64,000 nt of DNA from Alphaproteobacteria bacterium (GTDB lineage: Bacteria > Pseudomonadota > Alphaproteobacteria > Caulobacterales > Aquidulcibacteraceae), in assembly GCA_026400735.1 (NCBI GenBank), contig JAPLOL010000111.1, positions 1,680-65,679 of the forward strand. The letters run 5' to 3'. Position numbers and translations under genes: made by a program. Under the pieces are notes generated by a model. That model did not search any database and was not told where the DNA came from. It saw only the letters and a list, made by a program, of their open reading frames with translations. Shown piece after piece: positions 20,990 to 31,138 of the stretch. Each line of letters starts with the position of its first letter. The stretch's first letter is position 1.

Positions 20990-21903
20990 GCGGCTTGGCC
21001 GGCTTGGCGGAGCTTTTTTGTGACCATCAACGTAAGCTGTTGGGTCACCGTCTGCCGAATCTCGACTTGGTAGTTTGGCAGTTCAGCCAACTGCACGATC
21101 GAATCCAAATGCGCTTGCACCACATCGAGGTTCAGCGGTGCTTCGGCGCCCACACCCTTGATGTAATTGAAGAGGGATGAGGTCGCCGACATTAGCAGGC
21201 GATCCTTCATGTCGCCGGCAAGCGCGCTCAACTGGCCGCAGGTGAGGCCGAGATCACGCAGCGCAACGGCGTCTCCCGGTTTTAGCGCTCGCAGCAGAAC
21301 GCCAATGCGCTCGCAATACATACGCGCCAGGCCCTTGCGGATCTGCACATCCGGCGCGTCGGCTTGTTTGTCGTTTGAGTCGAACAAGCGGCGGCGCGGG
21401 CCGTCGTAGGCGTCGGCTGTAACGCGCCGACGTCGGCAAGGGCCAATGTAGCGCGTGCTTTCAACGAAATCGCGGCGCTTGGCGCGCACGTCAGCAATCC
21501 GCTTCCGAAGGGTCTGTGTCGAGAAGGGGCGCAGCACGAACTCATCGATGCCGACGTTGCGAGCGCGTTGCACGTCATTGGCGCTGTTGCGCGTCGCCAC
21601 CATGATGATCGCGAGCTTACGGAAGGCGTCGCCGGCTTCGCCCGCGCGTATGCGCTTCACTAGCGTCAAGCCCGAGCCTTCGTCGATGTCCCAATCAGCG
21701 ATCAGCACATCGGGCTGGCAATAGCTAAGCGCCATCAAGCACTGCTCAATGTTCTCGGCGTAATCGATTTGGGCCCGACCCGCGGCGCGCAGGGTCTCTG
21801 TCGTCAGCCGCCGCTGAAACGCAGATCCATCAGCCACAAGAATTCTGAGAACGGCTTGTTCAGCCGCGTCGTCCGTAAGCATGCCCGTCACCACGGAACG
21901 CAC
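20986..21903 (-). CDS. response regulator: receiver domain plus C-terminal helical (Hpt-like, His-less) domain
   Basis: It has REC motifs ILVADGS, LIADWDIDEGSG (phospho-Asp region) and IIMVATRN, followed by YIGPCRRRR and a roughly 110-aa helical tail. Confidence 0.75.
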   Translation of the reverse strand: MRSVVTGMLTDDAAEQAVLRILVADGSAFQRRLTTETLRAAGRAQIDYAENIEQCLMALSYCQPDVLIADWDIDEGSGLTLVKRIRAGEAGDAFRKLAIIMVATRNSANDVQRARNVGIDEFVLRPFSTQTLRKRIADVRAKRRDFVESTRYIGPCRRRRVTADAYDGPRRRLFDSNDKQADAPDVQIRKGLARMYCERIGVLLRALKPGDAVALRDLGLTCGQLSALAGDMKDRLLMSATSSLFNYIKGVGAEAPLNLDVVQAHLDSIVQLAELPNYQVEIRQTVTQQLTLMVTKKLRQAGQAA

Positions 21904-21985
21904 GCTACAAGACCACGCTTAACATTTGTGGTAATGAGTTCGAATAATCGTCCTAAACAGAAGCTGAATCGGTTAAACGGCGTTT

Positions 21986-22639
21986 ATGCTTTCGCTGCTG
22001 CTTGCCTCCTTCGTCACGTTCTTCGTCGCCATCGATCCGGTGGCGATGGCGCCGATGTTCACCACCATGACTTCGCGCATGACGCCAGAGTGGCGGCGCA
22101 AGATGGCGTTCAAATCCATCGCCATAGCAACGGGTATCCTGTTGGCTTTTGCGTTTGGCGGCGCTTGGCTACTGGAGCAGATACACGTTTCGATCGACGC
22201 GTTCCGTATTGCTGGCGGCCTGCTGCTCTTCCTCATAGCGGTCGACATGCTCTTCGAGAAACGCTCGGAGCGGCGCGAAGAGCGGGCGGAGCAAGTCGCG
22301 GCGCATCAGGCACAGCACCCAGAAGCGCAGGACGACATCTCTGTCTTCCCATTGGCGATCCCGCTTATTTCCGGTCCGGGCGCCATTGCCTCGATCATGC
22401 TGTTCTTCGCCGAGAACGAGGACCTCGTCAGCCGCGGCTTCATCTTGCTCGGCGTTGGTGCGAACTTGGCGCTCTGCCTCATCGCGTTCCTGATGTCCGG
22501 CACGCTCTCCAGGATCATGGGTGAGACGGTCGCCTCCATGCTCACCCGCATCTTCGGCATCCTGCTGGCGGCGCTAGCGGCGCAGTTCGTGGTTGATGGA
22601 ATTAAGAACGTGTTTGGGATCGTCTCAGCGGGCGGCTGA
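21986..22639 (+). CDS. MarC family (UPF0056/NAAT) integral membrane protein
   Basis: It has the N-terminus FVTFFVAIDPVAMAPMF and FPLAIPLISGPGAI, hallmark MarC-family motifs, with 6 TM. Confidence 0.85.
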   Translation: MLSLLLASFVTFFVAIDPVAMAPMFTTMTSRMTPEWRRKMAFKSIAIATGILLAFAFGGAWLLEQIHVSIDAFRIAGGLLLFLIAVDMLFEKRSERREERAEQVAAHQAQHPEAQDDISVFPLAIPLISGPGAIASIMLFFAENEDLVSRGFILLGVGANLALCLIAFLMSGTLSRIMGETVASMLTRIFGILLAALAAQFVVDGIKNVFGIVSAGG

Positions 22640-22707
22640 CAATTTCGCATCGCAGCATCGCCAATCGCCGCCTTCACGGAGGGCTTCAGACTGCTAAGTA
22701 AGCTCCT

Positions 22708-24117
22708 ATGAGCAACATCTTCGACGCCATCGTTATCGGTTCCGGCCCTGGCGGCTATGTCACCGCCATCCGTGCTTCGCAGCTTGGCTTGCAGACAGCC
22801 ATCGTTGAGCGGGACCGCTTGGGCGGCATCTGTCTCAACTGGGGCTGCATTCCAACGAAAGCGCTGCTGCGCAGCGCCGAAGTCTATCGCAACGCGATGC
22901 ACGCGAAGGATTACGGCCTCACCATCGAGAACGTGAAGTTCGATCCCGAAGCCGTGGTGAAGCGCTCGCGCGGCGTGGCTGGACGCATGGAGAAGGGCGT
23001 CCAGTTCTTGATGAAGAAGAACAAGATCACCGTAATCGAAGGCGACGCTCGGCTTGAGAAGGGTGGCCCATCACCGAAAGTCGTTGTCAAAGGCAAGGAC
23101 GGAAAAGACGCCCCGTATGAAGCGAAGCACGTCATCCTCGCCACCGGCGCGCGTGCTCGTGAGATTCCCGCGGCAGGCTTGAAGGCAGATGGAAAACGCA
23201 TCTGGACCTATCGCGATGCGATGACGCCGCCATCGTGGCCGGAATCGTTGCTGGTGTTCGGCTCAGGCGCCATCGGCATCGAGTTCGCGAGCTTCTATGC
23301 GGCGTTCGGCGTGAAGACGACCGTGGTGGAATTGCTAGATCGCGTTCTGCCGGTCGAGGACGAGGAAATCTCGGCATTCGCCAAGAAGCGCTACGAGAAG
23401 GAAGGTCTGAAGATCATGACCTCCACCGAAGCCAAGTCGCTGAACGCGACGGCGAACGGTGTTGAGGCGGTGGTGCAGGCGAACGGCAAGCAAGAAACGC
23501 TGACCGCATCACACGCCATCGTCGCTGTCGGCATCACTGGCAATATCGAGAATCTTGGTCTCGAAGGCCTCGGCGTGAAAACCGATCGCGGCCACATCGT
23601 CACCGATGGCTACGGCAAAACTAATGTCGCCGGGCTCTACGCGATCGGCGATGTCACCGGCGCGCCGTGGCTGGCGCACAAGGCGAGCCACGAGGGTATC
23701 ATCTGCATCGAGGCCATCGCGGGCCAGAAGCCGCATCCGATGATCAAGGAACGCATTCCGGGCTGCACCTATTCGCATCCGCAAGTCGCCAGCGTCGGCC
23801 TTACCGAAGCGAAGGCGAAAGCGGCGGGCAGGGAAGTGCGCGTTGGCCGCTTTCCGTTCGTTGGCAACGGCAAGGCGATCGCGCTCGGCGAAGATCAGGG
23901 CATGGTCAAAGTCGTGTTCGACGCCAAGACCGGTGAACTTCTCGGCGCCCACATGATCGGCGCCGAAGTTACGGAGCTGATCCAAGGCTACGCCATCGCC
24001 ATGCAAACGGAGACTACCGAGCACGAGTTGATGGAAACCGTATTCCCGCACCCGACGCTGTCAGAAATGATGCACGAAGCGGTGCTGGATGCGTATGGGC
24101 GCGTGCTGCACGTTTGA
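22708..24117 (+). CDS. lpdA: dihydrolipoyl dehydrogenase (E3)
   Basis: It has the FAD motif VIGSGPGGY, the redox-active disulfide GGICLNWGCIPTK, and C-terminal HPTLSE. Confidence 0.95.
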   Translation: MSNIFDAIVIGSGPGGYVTAIRASQLGLQTAIVERDRLGGICLNWGCIPTKALLRSAEVYRNAMHAKDYGLTIENVKFDPEAVVKRSRGVAGRMEKGVQFLMKKNKITVIEGDARLEKGGPSPKVVVKGKDGKDAPYEAKHVILATGARAREIPAAGLKADGKRIWTYRDAMTPPSWPESLLVFGSGAIGIEFASFYAAFGVKTTVVELLDRVLPVEDEEISAFAKKRYEKEGLKIMTSTEAKSLNATANGVEAVVQANGKQETLTASHAIVAVGITGNIENLGLEGLGVKTDRGHIVTDGYGKTNVAGLYAIGDVTGAPWLAHKASHEGIICIEAIAGQKPHPMIKERIPGCTYSHPQVASVGLTEAKAKAAGREVRVGRFPFVGNGKAIALGEDQGMVKVVFDAKTGELLGAHMIGAEVTELIQGYAIAMQTETTEHELMETVFPHPTLSEMMHEAVLDAYGRVLHV

Positions 24118-24124
24118 TAGTTCA

Positions 24125-24664
24125 ATGATGAGATGTGCACTTGTCAGTCTGTTGGCGTTGGCGGCATGCGCCAACCCTCCACCAGAACGCGTTGCATTTT
24201 GCGATACCGTGACGCGCCGACCGATCTTCAGCGAGCACGTGCGCGTCGAGGCAGTTGGCCTTTTTGGCGATCACGGTGTGCTGCTCAGACACCCGGATTG
24301 CCCAACGGTCAGCGCATTTTGGGCCGAAACCGAGGAGTTCGAGAACGACCAGTCTAGCGACATACTTGCTGACGCCATTCATGCGCTAAGATTCGATATG
24401 TCGCCCCGGGTGCTCCTCGATCCGGAGGACTTAGCAGTCGATATCACTGCGCGTTATCATTGGCGCGGAGGACGTCCTGAATTCGTTGTTGAAACGGTGC
24501 ATTCGGTCCGACGAGCGCCAAGAGTTTATGCAAACGACTCTGAGCGCAACTTCACGCGCTGCGAAACCATCCCGGCCGTAGAAGAACTGAGAGGCGAGTG
24601 GCGAGCCGCTTGTGCCGCGGAAGAAGAGGAACTCCGAACCCAGCGACGAACAGCAAATAACTAA
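24125..24664 (+). CDS. hypothetical lipoprotein
   Basis: The internal ATG gives the lipobox signal MMRCALVSLLALAAC. I recognise no domain. Confidence 0.5.
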   Translation: MMRCALVSLLALAACANPPPERVAFCDTVTRRPIFSEHVRVEAVGLFGDHGVLLRHPDCPTVSAFWAETEEFENDQSSDILADAIHALRFDMSPRVLLDPEDLAVDITARYHWRGGRPEFVVETVHSVRRAPRVYANDSERNFTRCETIPAVEELRGEWRAACAAEEEELRTQRRTANN

Positions 24665-26229
24665 GCCGCCTTCGCCTCAGCAAACCGCTCCGCCGCCATG
24701 CGTTGCATGGCGACGTAGTCGACCTTGCCGCTGCCGAGCATAGGAATTTCATCGATCACGACGATCTTCTTCGGCACAGCCAACTCGCTCGCGCCATTCG
24801 CCTTGCACCAGGCTTGCAACTCTTCCGAGGTCGCGCCGGCGTGATCGGTGAACAGGATAATGCGCTCGCCCTTGCGTGAATCGGGAAGCGCCACCGCGGC
24901 GTGGGTGTGATCAGACCAAACAGTCGAGGCGTAGCTCTCAACCGCATTCAGCGACACCATCTCGCCGCCAACCTTCGCAAAGCGCTTCACGCGACCGAGA
25001 ATGCGGATGAAGCCGTCTGCATCGACATCAACGACGTCGCCGGTGTCGTGCCAGCCTTGCGGCAGGAGATCGATTCCGAACGGCTTGGTTGGATCGAGAT
25101 AGCCGCGCATCACATTCGGACCACGCACGTAGAGGCGCTGGCCGCCCTCGATGCCGGGTACCGGCTCAAGACGCCATTCAATGCCAGGCAGGAACGCGCC
25201 GACAGTGCCGTGCTTGTTGTTTTCAGGAAGGTTGATCGAAATCACCGGCGAAGCTTCAGTCGCGCCGTAGCCTTCGAGCAGCTCTACATCGAAGCGCGTC
25301 TTGTAAAGTTCGCGCGTCTCAGGCTTCACGCGCTCAGCGCCGCAAACCATCAGCTCGATGCAGTTGAGATCGCCGTCCGCAGCGTTGCGCGCATATTGCT
25401 GCGCAAACGTATCCGTAGCGAAGAAGACGTTGGCCCCGGTCTCACGGATGAGTTTCGGAATCTCTTTCACCTGCAGCGGCGATGGGAAAAGGAACGTCTT
25501 GTGGCCCGTGAAGAGCGGAAGCAGCGTGCCGCCAGTCAGGCCGAAGCTATGAAACATCGGCAGCGGGCAGAAGAACGACCAGTCCGGTTTGAATGGGACA
25601 TACGAATAGCATTGCTCGACATTCGACACGATGTTCGCGTGGCTCAGCACCGCGCCCTTCGGCGTGCCGTACGAGCCTGACGTAAACAGGATCACACCGG
25701 TGTCATCCGGATTGCCCTTGGCCGCGAACATGCGCGGTAAGAAGCCCTTCACCAGCGCGATAATCTTGTCGCCGATATCGACGGTCTTGCGGACGTCTTC
25801 GAGATAAATCAGCTGGGCGTGCTTGGAGAGCTCATTGGCGAGCGGCTCAAGGCCAGCCTTCTTAATGAAGACGCGCGAGGTCAAAATCTTGCGAACGTTC
25901 GCCGCTTCGCACGCGGAGCGAAGGTTCATGATGCCGGCGGTGAAGTTCAGCATCGCCGGCGTGCGGCCGATGGCGTGGAGCGCAAAGAACGTGACGGTGC
26001 AGCCAACGCCTGTCGGCAGTAGGACACCTGCGGTCTCGCGGCGCTTAATAAGCGTGTCGAGCTTTCCGCCCAGTGCGAACGCGGCGCGGATCAGATCGTC
26101 ATAGCTCATCGGCTTGCGATCGTGATCCTCGATGATTTGAAACTTGCCGCCCTTTTTATCGCGGGCCCGGAGCAGAGCTTCGAACAGAGTGACGCGCGTA
26201 CGCGCCAGTTCGAAAGGACGTTGCGCCAT
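24661..26229 (-). CDS. AMP-dependent synthetase/ligase (acyl-CoA or acyl-ACP synthetase family)
   Basis: It has the AMP-binding motifs FTSGSYGTPKGAVLSH, GYGATE and TGD...DGF..I.GR.K. Confidence 0.9.
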   Translation of the reverse strand: MAQRPFELARTRVTLFEALLRARDKKGGKFQIIEDHDRKPMSYDDLIRAAFALGGKLDTLIKRRETAGVLLPTGVGCTVTFFALHAIGRTPAMLNFTAGIMNLRSACEAANVRKILTSRVFIKKAGLEPLANELSKHAQLIYLEDVRKTVDIGDKIIALVKGFLPRMFAAKGNPDDTGVILFTSGSYGTPKGAVLSHANIVSNVEQCYSYVPFKPDWSFFCPLPMFHSFGLTGGTLLPLFTGHKTFLFPSPLQVKEIPKLIRETGANVFFATDTFAQQYARNAADGDLNCIELMVCGAERVKPETRELYKTRFDVELLEGYGATEASPVISINLPENNKHGTVGAFLPGIEWRLEPVPGIEGGQRLYVRGPNVMRGYLDPTKPFGIDLLPQGWHDTGDVVDVDADGFIRILGRVKRFAKVGGEMVSLNAVESYASTVWSDHTHAAVALPDSRKGERIILFTDHAGATSEELQAWCKANGASELAVPKKIVVIDEIPMLGSGKVDYVAMQRMAAERFAEAKAA

Positions 26230-26435
26230 GAGGGGTATTGCCTCCGACTTATTGTTCCGCCTGAGAGTCTTACGAGTAAGACGCCCAACCCGTGATTATT
26301 GTTTCACGGTTGTAACAGAGACTAACGGGCCGATTGTGGCCGGACAAGGGAGGGGGCCATTAAGTATTTGGCGACGCAGGGGAGGTTTGCCCTCCAGGCG
26401 TTGCGGGACAAGGCCGGGAGGGTCATGTTGGGGGC

Positions 26436-27401
26436 GTGCCGACGCTGATTGATTTGCGCCAAGGAGGCGACCCCGACCGCCCCCGCCACCCTGAAAAAGA
26501 GGGGCGGCCGGATAACGCCAGCCCACGCAAGCCTGACTGGATTCGGGTCAAGGCGCCGACGAGCCTAGGCTACCATCAGACCAAGGAACTGGTCCGCGAT
26601 CTCAAGCTCCACACGGTCTGCGAGGAAGCGGGCTGCCCCAACATCGGCGAGTGCTGGAGCCAGAAGCACGCCACTTTCATGATCCTTGGCGGCATCTGCA
26701 CGCGCGCCTGCAGCTTCTGCAACGTCGCGACCGGCAAGCCGCTCCCACTCGATTTGGCGGAGCCTGAGAACGTCGCGTTCGCAACGGCGCAAATGGCTCT
26801 GAAGCACGTTGTGATCACGTCGGTCGATCGCGACGACCTCGAAGACGGCGGCGCTGATCACTTCGTACAAACGATTCAAGCCGTCCGCCGCGCCGCGCCG
26901 AACACCACCATTGAAATTCTGACGCCGGACTTCCTGCGCAAGCCTGGCGCCGCCGAGCGCGTCATCGACGCCGCACCGGATGTGTTCAACCATAATCTCG
27001 AAACCGTGCCGCGGCTCTACCATTCGATCCGCCCCGGCGCGCGCTACTACCAATCTCTGCGCTTGCTCGATTCCGTGAAGCAGCGCGATCCGAAGCAGTT
27101 CACGAAGTCCGGGCTCATGGTTGGCCTCGGCGAAGCCAAGGATGAAGTCCTCCAAGTGATGGACGACCTTCGCGTCGCCAACGTCGATTTCCTCACCATC
27201 GGCCAATATCTACAGCCGACGAAGAAGCACGCCGCCATCGATCGCTTCTGGACGCCGGAAGAATTCAAAGCGCTCGAAACCATCGCCTACGCCAAAGGCT
27301 TCCTGATGGTCTCGGCCAGCCCACTGACGCGCTCCTCGCACCATGCCGGCGACGATTTCGCGCGGCTGAAAGCGGCGCGTTTGGCCCTATCTAAAGACTG
27401 A
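26436..27401 (+). CDS. lipA: lipoyl synthase
   Basis: It has the radical-SAM cluster [10 protein letters not shown] and the auxiliary cluster [12 protein letters not shown]. Confidence 0.95.
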   Translation: MPTLIDLRQGGDPDRPRHPEKEGRPDNASPRKPDWIRVKAPTSLGYHQTKELVRDLKLHTVCEEAGCPNIGECWSQKHATFMILGGICTRACSFCNVATGKPLPLDLAEPENVAFATAQMALKHVVITSVDRDDLEDGGADHFVQTIQAVRRAAPNTTIEILTPDFLRKPGAAERVIDAAPDVFNHNLETVPRLYHSIRPGARYYQSLRLLDSVKQRDPKQFTKSGLMVGLGEAKDEVLQVMDDLRVANVDFLTIGQYLQPTKKHAAIDRFWTPEEFKALETIAYAKGFLMVSASPLTRSSHHAGDDFARLKAARLALSKD

Positions 27402-27402
27402 G

Positions 27403-27858
27403 ATGCCTCGCACCGTCATCGAAGCCGAGCGCGTGCTGCCGTATGCGCCTGAGGATTTGTGCCGATTGGTCGGCGACGTTCGCGTCTATCCTGAGTTCGT
27501 GCCGTTCCTAAAGAAGATGCACGTCACCAAAGAAGAGCCGCGTGAAGCTGGCGGCTGGCAGGGTATCGCGGAAGCCGATGTGGGCTGGCAGGCGATCAAG
27601 GTGACGTTCTCAACCAGCGTCCGCTGCGAACCAGCGAAAGGGGAGGTGGAAGTCGCGCTGGTCAAAGGTCCGCTCCATTCGTTAGCCAACAAGTGGTGGT
27701 TCAAGGCCAGTGAAGCGGGTGGCGCACACGTGCGCTACTGGATCGCCTACGAGTTCAAGAACCCGATCCTGCAAGGCGCGATCTCGGCCAACAAGGACAA
27801 GCTCGCATTGAAGATCATGCAGGCGTTTGAACGCGAAGCAAAACGGCGGCTGGGCTAA
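27403..27858 (+). CDS. SRPBCC family protein (RatA/COQ10-like polyketide cyclase/dehydrase fold)
   Basis: It is about 150 aa with LVGDVRVYPEFVPF. It sits in the conserved position after lipA. Confidence 0.8.
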   Translation: MPRTVIEAERVLPYAPEDLCRLVGDVRVYPEFVPFLKKMHVTKEEPREAGGWQGIAEADVGWQAIKVTFSTSVRCEPAKGEVEVALVKGPLHSLANKWWFKASEAGGAHVRYWIAYEFKNPILQGAISANKDKLALKIMQAFEREAKRRLG

Positions 27859-28346
27859 TCTAGGACGCGCTCCATTAGGTCGAACGCAGCCGCGACTGTT
27901 TCCGCTTGCACTTCGTGGCGCCCAATTGCGCCAAAACGCTTCTCTTCATGCAGCGTAGCGCCGTCTCGGCGCGCCGCGGCAATGTGCACGAGGCCAACAG
28001 GTTTCTCAGCCGTGCCCCCATCCGGTCCGGCAACGCCAGTCACCGCAACAGCGATATCAGCAGGACTATGGTCCAACGCGCCCGCCACCATTGCGAGCGC
28101 GACCTGTCGGCTGACAGCGCCGTGCTCACGGATCAGCTCCGCCGGCACGCCGAGCAACTCCGTCTTGGCTTCGTTGGAATACGTTACGAACCCGCGCTCG
28201 AGAGACGCGGAGGCGCCAGGCACCGCCGCGAGCGACGCGGCAATCAATCCGCCCGTGCAACTTTCCGCCGTAGCGATGGTGTAGCCGCGCATCTTGGTCT
28301 GCTTCAGCAGATCGGCGGCACGTTCGTAGTTCAGAGGAAGCGCCAT
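27855..28346 (-). CDS. CinA-family nicotinamide-nucleotide amidohydrolase domain protein (PncC-like)
   Basis: It has TIATAESCTGGLIAASL and VTGVAGPDGG, characteristic of the CinA C-terminal domain. Confidence 0.85.
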   Translation of the reverse strand: MALPLNYERAADLLKQTKMRGYTIATAESCTGGLIAASLAAVPGASASLERGFVTYSNEAKTELLGVPAELIREHGAVSRQVALAMVAGALDHSPADIAVAVTGVAGPDGGTAEKPVGLVHIAAARRDGATLHEEKRFGAIGRHEVQAETVAAAFDLMERVLD

Positions 28347-28432
28347 GCTGCAAGTGTGGCTGGCGTGCGGCGAAAGTCCATTCCCTTGACCCGGGGCGAG
28401 TGGCAGAAGCGGCGCAAATACCGGGAGGGACT

Positions 28433-31138
28433 ATGGAAGCCGTAGCGCGTCGGATCGCAGCGCCGGTGTTTGCGTTGGCGCTGTTCTCCAGCGCCGCGCT
28501 CATCTTCGTCCTGCAGCCATTGTTCGGGCGCATGGTGACTCCGCTTTTGGGCGGCAGTCCACAAGTCTGGAACACGTCGATGGCGTTCTTCCAGGCGGCG
28601 CTACTTGTCGGCTACCTGTACGCGCACGTGCTCGCGCGCGTGAAAGATCTGCGCATTCAAGCCGCCGTTCACGGCGTTGTGTTGCTTGCTGCGTGGTTCG
28701 TGTTGCCGCTGCACGTGACGACGGCGCTTGGTGAGCCAAGTTCAGAGCATCCAGTCTGGTGGCTCATCGGCGTGCTGGCACTTTCCGTGGGCGCGCCGTT
28801 CGCCGCCGCCTCGGCGACGGCGCCACTGCTTCAAGCGTGGTTCGCGCGCACTGGCCGCGAAGACGCAAGCGATCCGTACTACCTCTACGCGGCAAGCAAT
28901 CTCGGCAGCTTCGTGGGTTTGCTTGCCTACCCGGTGCTCATCGAACCGCTACTCGGCACACACGCACAAAGCGCCGCCTGGTCGGTGGCGTATCTGGCTG
29001 TCGGCGCATTGATCGCGGTGGCTGCCGCCATGGCGATCAGCGCGCACGGCGACACGCCAAAGCCGCTTGAGCACACCGGGCCGGCCCCCAGCTGGCGCGA
29101 ACGCGGCTATTGGATCGCGGCGGCCGCAATTCCGTCCGCGCTTTCGCTCGGCGTCACGCTGCATATTTCGACGGACATTGCGTCTGCCCCGATGCTGTGG
29201 GTGGTGCCGCTCGCGCTTTACCTGCTCACGTTCGTGCTCGCCTTCGCGCGCGGCAGCGAAAAGATGGAAGCGGGCACGCTCTTCATCCATCCGGTGGCGC
29301 TCGCGCTGATGTTGATGTCCTACTACATGTCGGGCAACTGGCTGGGTTCGGTTCTTTGGATTTTAGCCGGCTTTTTCTTCAGCGCACTCATTTGTCACCT
29401 TGCGCTCGCGCGCTCGCGTCCGGGCGCAGACCGGTTGACTGAATTCTATCTGTTTGTGTCGTTGGGCGGCGTGCTAGGCGGGGCGTTCGCGGCCTTGTTG
29501 GCTCCGCTGATCTTCAACAACGTCTACGAATATCCGATCGCGCTCGCCGCAGCGTGTCTCCTCAGGCCCCGCGAAGAGAATGATATGCCGCGCCTCATCG
29601 ACGCGTCCTTCGCCGCTGCCGTGCTGATGGGCGTGCTGTCGATCATACTCCTATTCAAGCAGCCCTTGGATTCGACGCTGATCATCGGTGCGCTCGGCGC
29701 GGCCGCGGCGTTGATCGCCGCAGGTTGGAGCGATGAGAACCGCCCACCGATGTATCGCTACATCTTCCTAGGCATCGCGGCGATCCACGCGAGCCTTGTC
29801 ATCTACATTGCCTTCAACCTGCCGCAGATATTCGTCTCCGCCATCGTCGGTGATGAAACCCGCACGGTCGCGCACCAGCCATGGGGCGCGCTCTTGATGG
29901 CGACAAGTTTCATGGTGGTCGCCTTCGCGGTGCACGGCACAATTTTGCCGCGAAAAGACAATCGCCGCGTCTCGGACTTCGCCCTGGGTGCAGCGCTGGT
30001 GTCGGCGGTTTTGTTGTTGTTGCGCTTAGTTGGCGCCGGCGCGGGGGATGCGGACACGCTGACGGTCGTCAGCATTATCTTCTGCGGCGTCGCTGTCTTT
30101 TTCAATCGCGGCAAACCGATAACTCTTGCAGCCATCGTTTTGGTGGCGTTCACGATCATCTTCCTCGATGAGACGCGCGGGTCGCGCATCATTACGCAAG
30201 AACGCAGCTTCTTTGGCGTGTTGCGCACGCGCGAATTCGATAGTGGCGATCCACAGATACCGCGCACGCGCATTCTCATGCACGGCACGACGATTCACGG
30301 CGCGCAGCTCGTAGGCCCAATCGTGGAGCGCCAGCCGCTCACATACTACCACCCGCGTACCGCACTCGGCGAGGCGATCCTCGCGGGCGTTTCGATGGGG
30401 CCGTCGTCGAACGTCGCGCTGATTGGTCTTGGAACGGGCTCGACAGCCTGTCTATTGCGACCCACCGATCATCTGACGATCTTTGAGATTGACCCGGCTG
30501 TTGTGCGTTTATCGGCGGAGCCGGGAGGGGACTTCACATTTGTACCCGTGTGCCAGCCGAACCGACGCATCGAGCTTGGTGACGCTCGTTTGCAAATCGC
30601 AGAAGAACCGGATCATGAGTTCGACGTCATCGTCGTCGATGCATTTTCATCGGACGCTATTCCGGCGCACTTGCTGACACGTGAGGCAATCGCGCTCTAT
30701 CTGTCGAAGCTCAGCGATCGTGGGATCGTGGTGCTGCACCTTTCGAACCGAAATCTCGCGCTTGTCTCTGAGGCCGCGCGCGTCGCCCACGATCTTAACG
30801 CGCCGTACCTTTATCGCATCAGCGATCCGTTTCAGATGGAGCACGCTTCTTGGGTCGGCGGTTTGGCGGCTAGCGTGATGATCCTCGCGCGCACACCCCA
30901 GGCCCTAACATCGCTCACGCTCAACCCCGATTGGCGCGTGATCCCGGCGCCGCCGGGGCGCGCCTGGTCAGACGACTACATAAATCTTCCGCGCGCACTG
31001 TGGGAAGGTTTGCCCATCGGCCCACACAACAACTCGGCCGAGACCTGTCGTATCTATGTCGGCTATTGCGACGACACGCCGGCAGCGGAGCCGACGACGA
31101 CCCAAGCGCCTACGCCGGTCGCTCCACCGTCGCCGTAG
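28433..31138 (+). CDS. large polytopic membrane protein fused to a spermidine-synthase-like SAM-methyltransferase-fold domain
   Basis: A GGGAGGGA Shine-Dalgarno precedes the ATG at 28433. The N-terminus has more than 12 TM helices. The C-terminus has ALIGLGTGSTA, FDVIVVDAFSSDAIPAHLLT and VLHLSN, then a Pro-rich tail. Confidence 0.8.
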   Translation: MEAVARRIAAPVFALALFSSAALIFVLQPLFGRMVTPLLGGSPQVWNTSMAFFQAALLVGYLYAHVLARVKDLRIQAAVHGVVLLAAWFVLPLHVTTALGEPSSEHPVWWLIGVLALSVGAPFAAASATAPLLQAWFARTGREDASDPYYLYAASNLGSFVGLLAYPVLIEPLLGTHAQSAAWSVAYLAVGALIAVAAAMAISAHGDTPKPLEHTGPAPSWRERGYWIAAAAIPSALSLGVTLHISTDIASAPMLWVVPLALYLLTFVLAFARGSEKMEAGTLFIHPVALALMLMSYYMSGNWLGSVLWILAGFFFSALICHLALARSRPGADRLTEFYLFVSLGGVLGGAFAALLAPLIFNNVYEYPIALAAACLLRPREENDMPRLIDASFAAAVLMGVLSIILLFKQPLDSTLIIGALGAAAALIAAGWSDENRPPMYRYIFLGIAAIHASLVIYIAFNLPQIFVSAIVGDETRTVAHQPWGALLMATSFMVVAFAVHGTILPRKDNRRVSDFALGAALVSAVLLLLRLVGAGAGDADTLTVVSIIFCGVAVFFNRGKPITLAAIVLVAFTIIFLDETRGSRIITQERSFFGVLRTREFDSGDPQIPRTRILMHGTTIHGAQLVGPIVERQPLTYYHPRTALGEAILAGVSMGPSSNVALIGLGTGSTACLLRPTDHLTIFEIDPAVVRLSAEPGGDFTFVPVCQPNRRIELGDARLQIAEEPDHEFDVIVVDAFSSDAIPAHLLTREAIALYLSKLSDRGIVVLHLSNRNLALVSEAARVAHDLNAPYLYRISDPFQMEHASWVGGLAASVMILARTPQALTSLTLNPDWRVIPAPPGRAWSDDYINLPRALWEGLPIGPHNNSAETCRIYVGYCDDTPAAEPTTTQAPTPVAPPSP

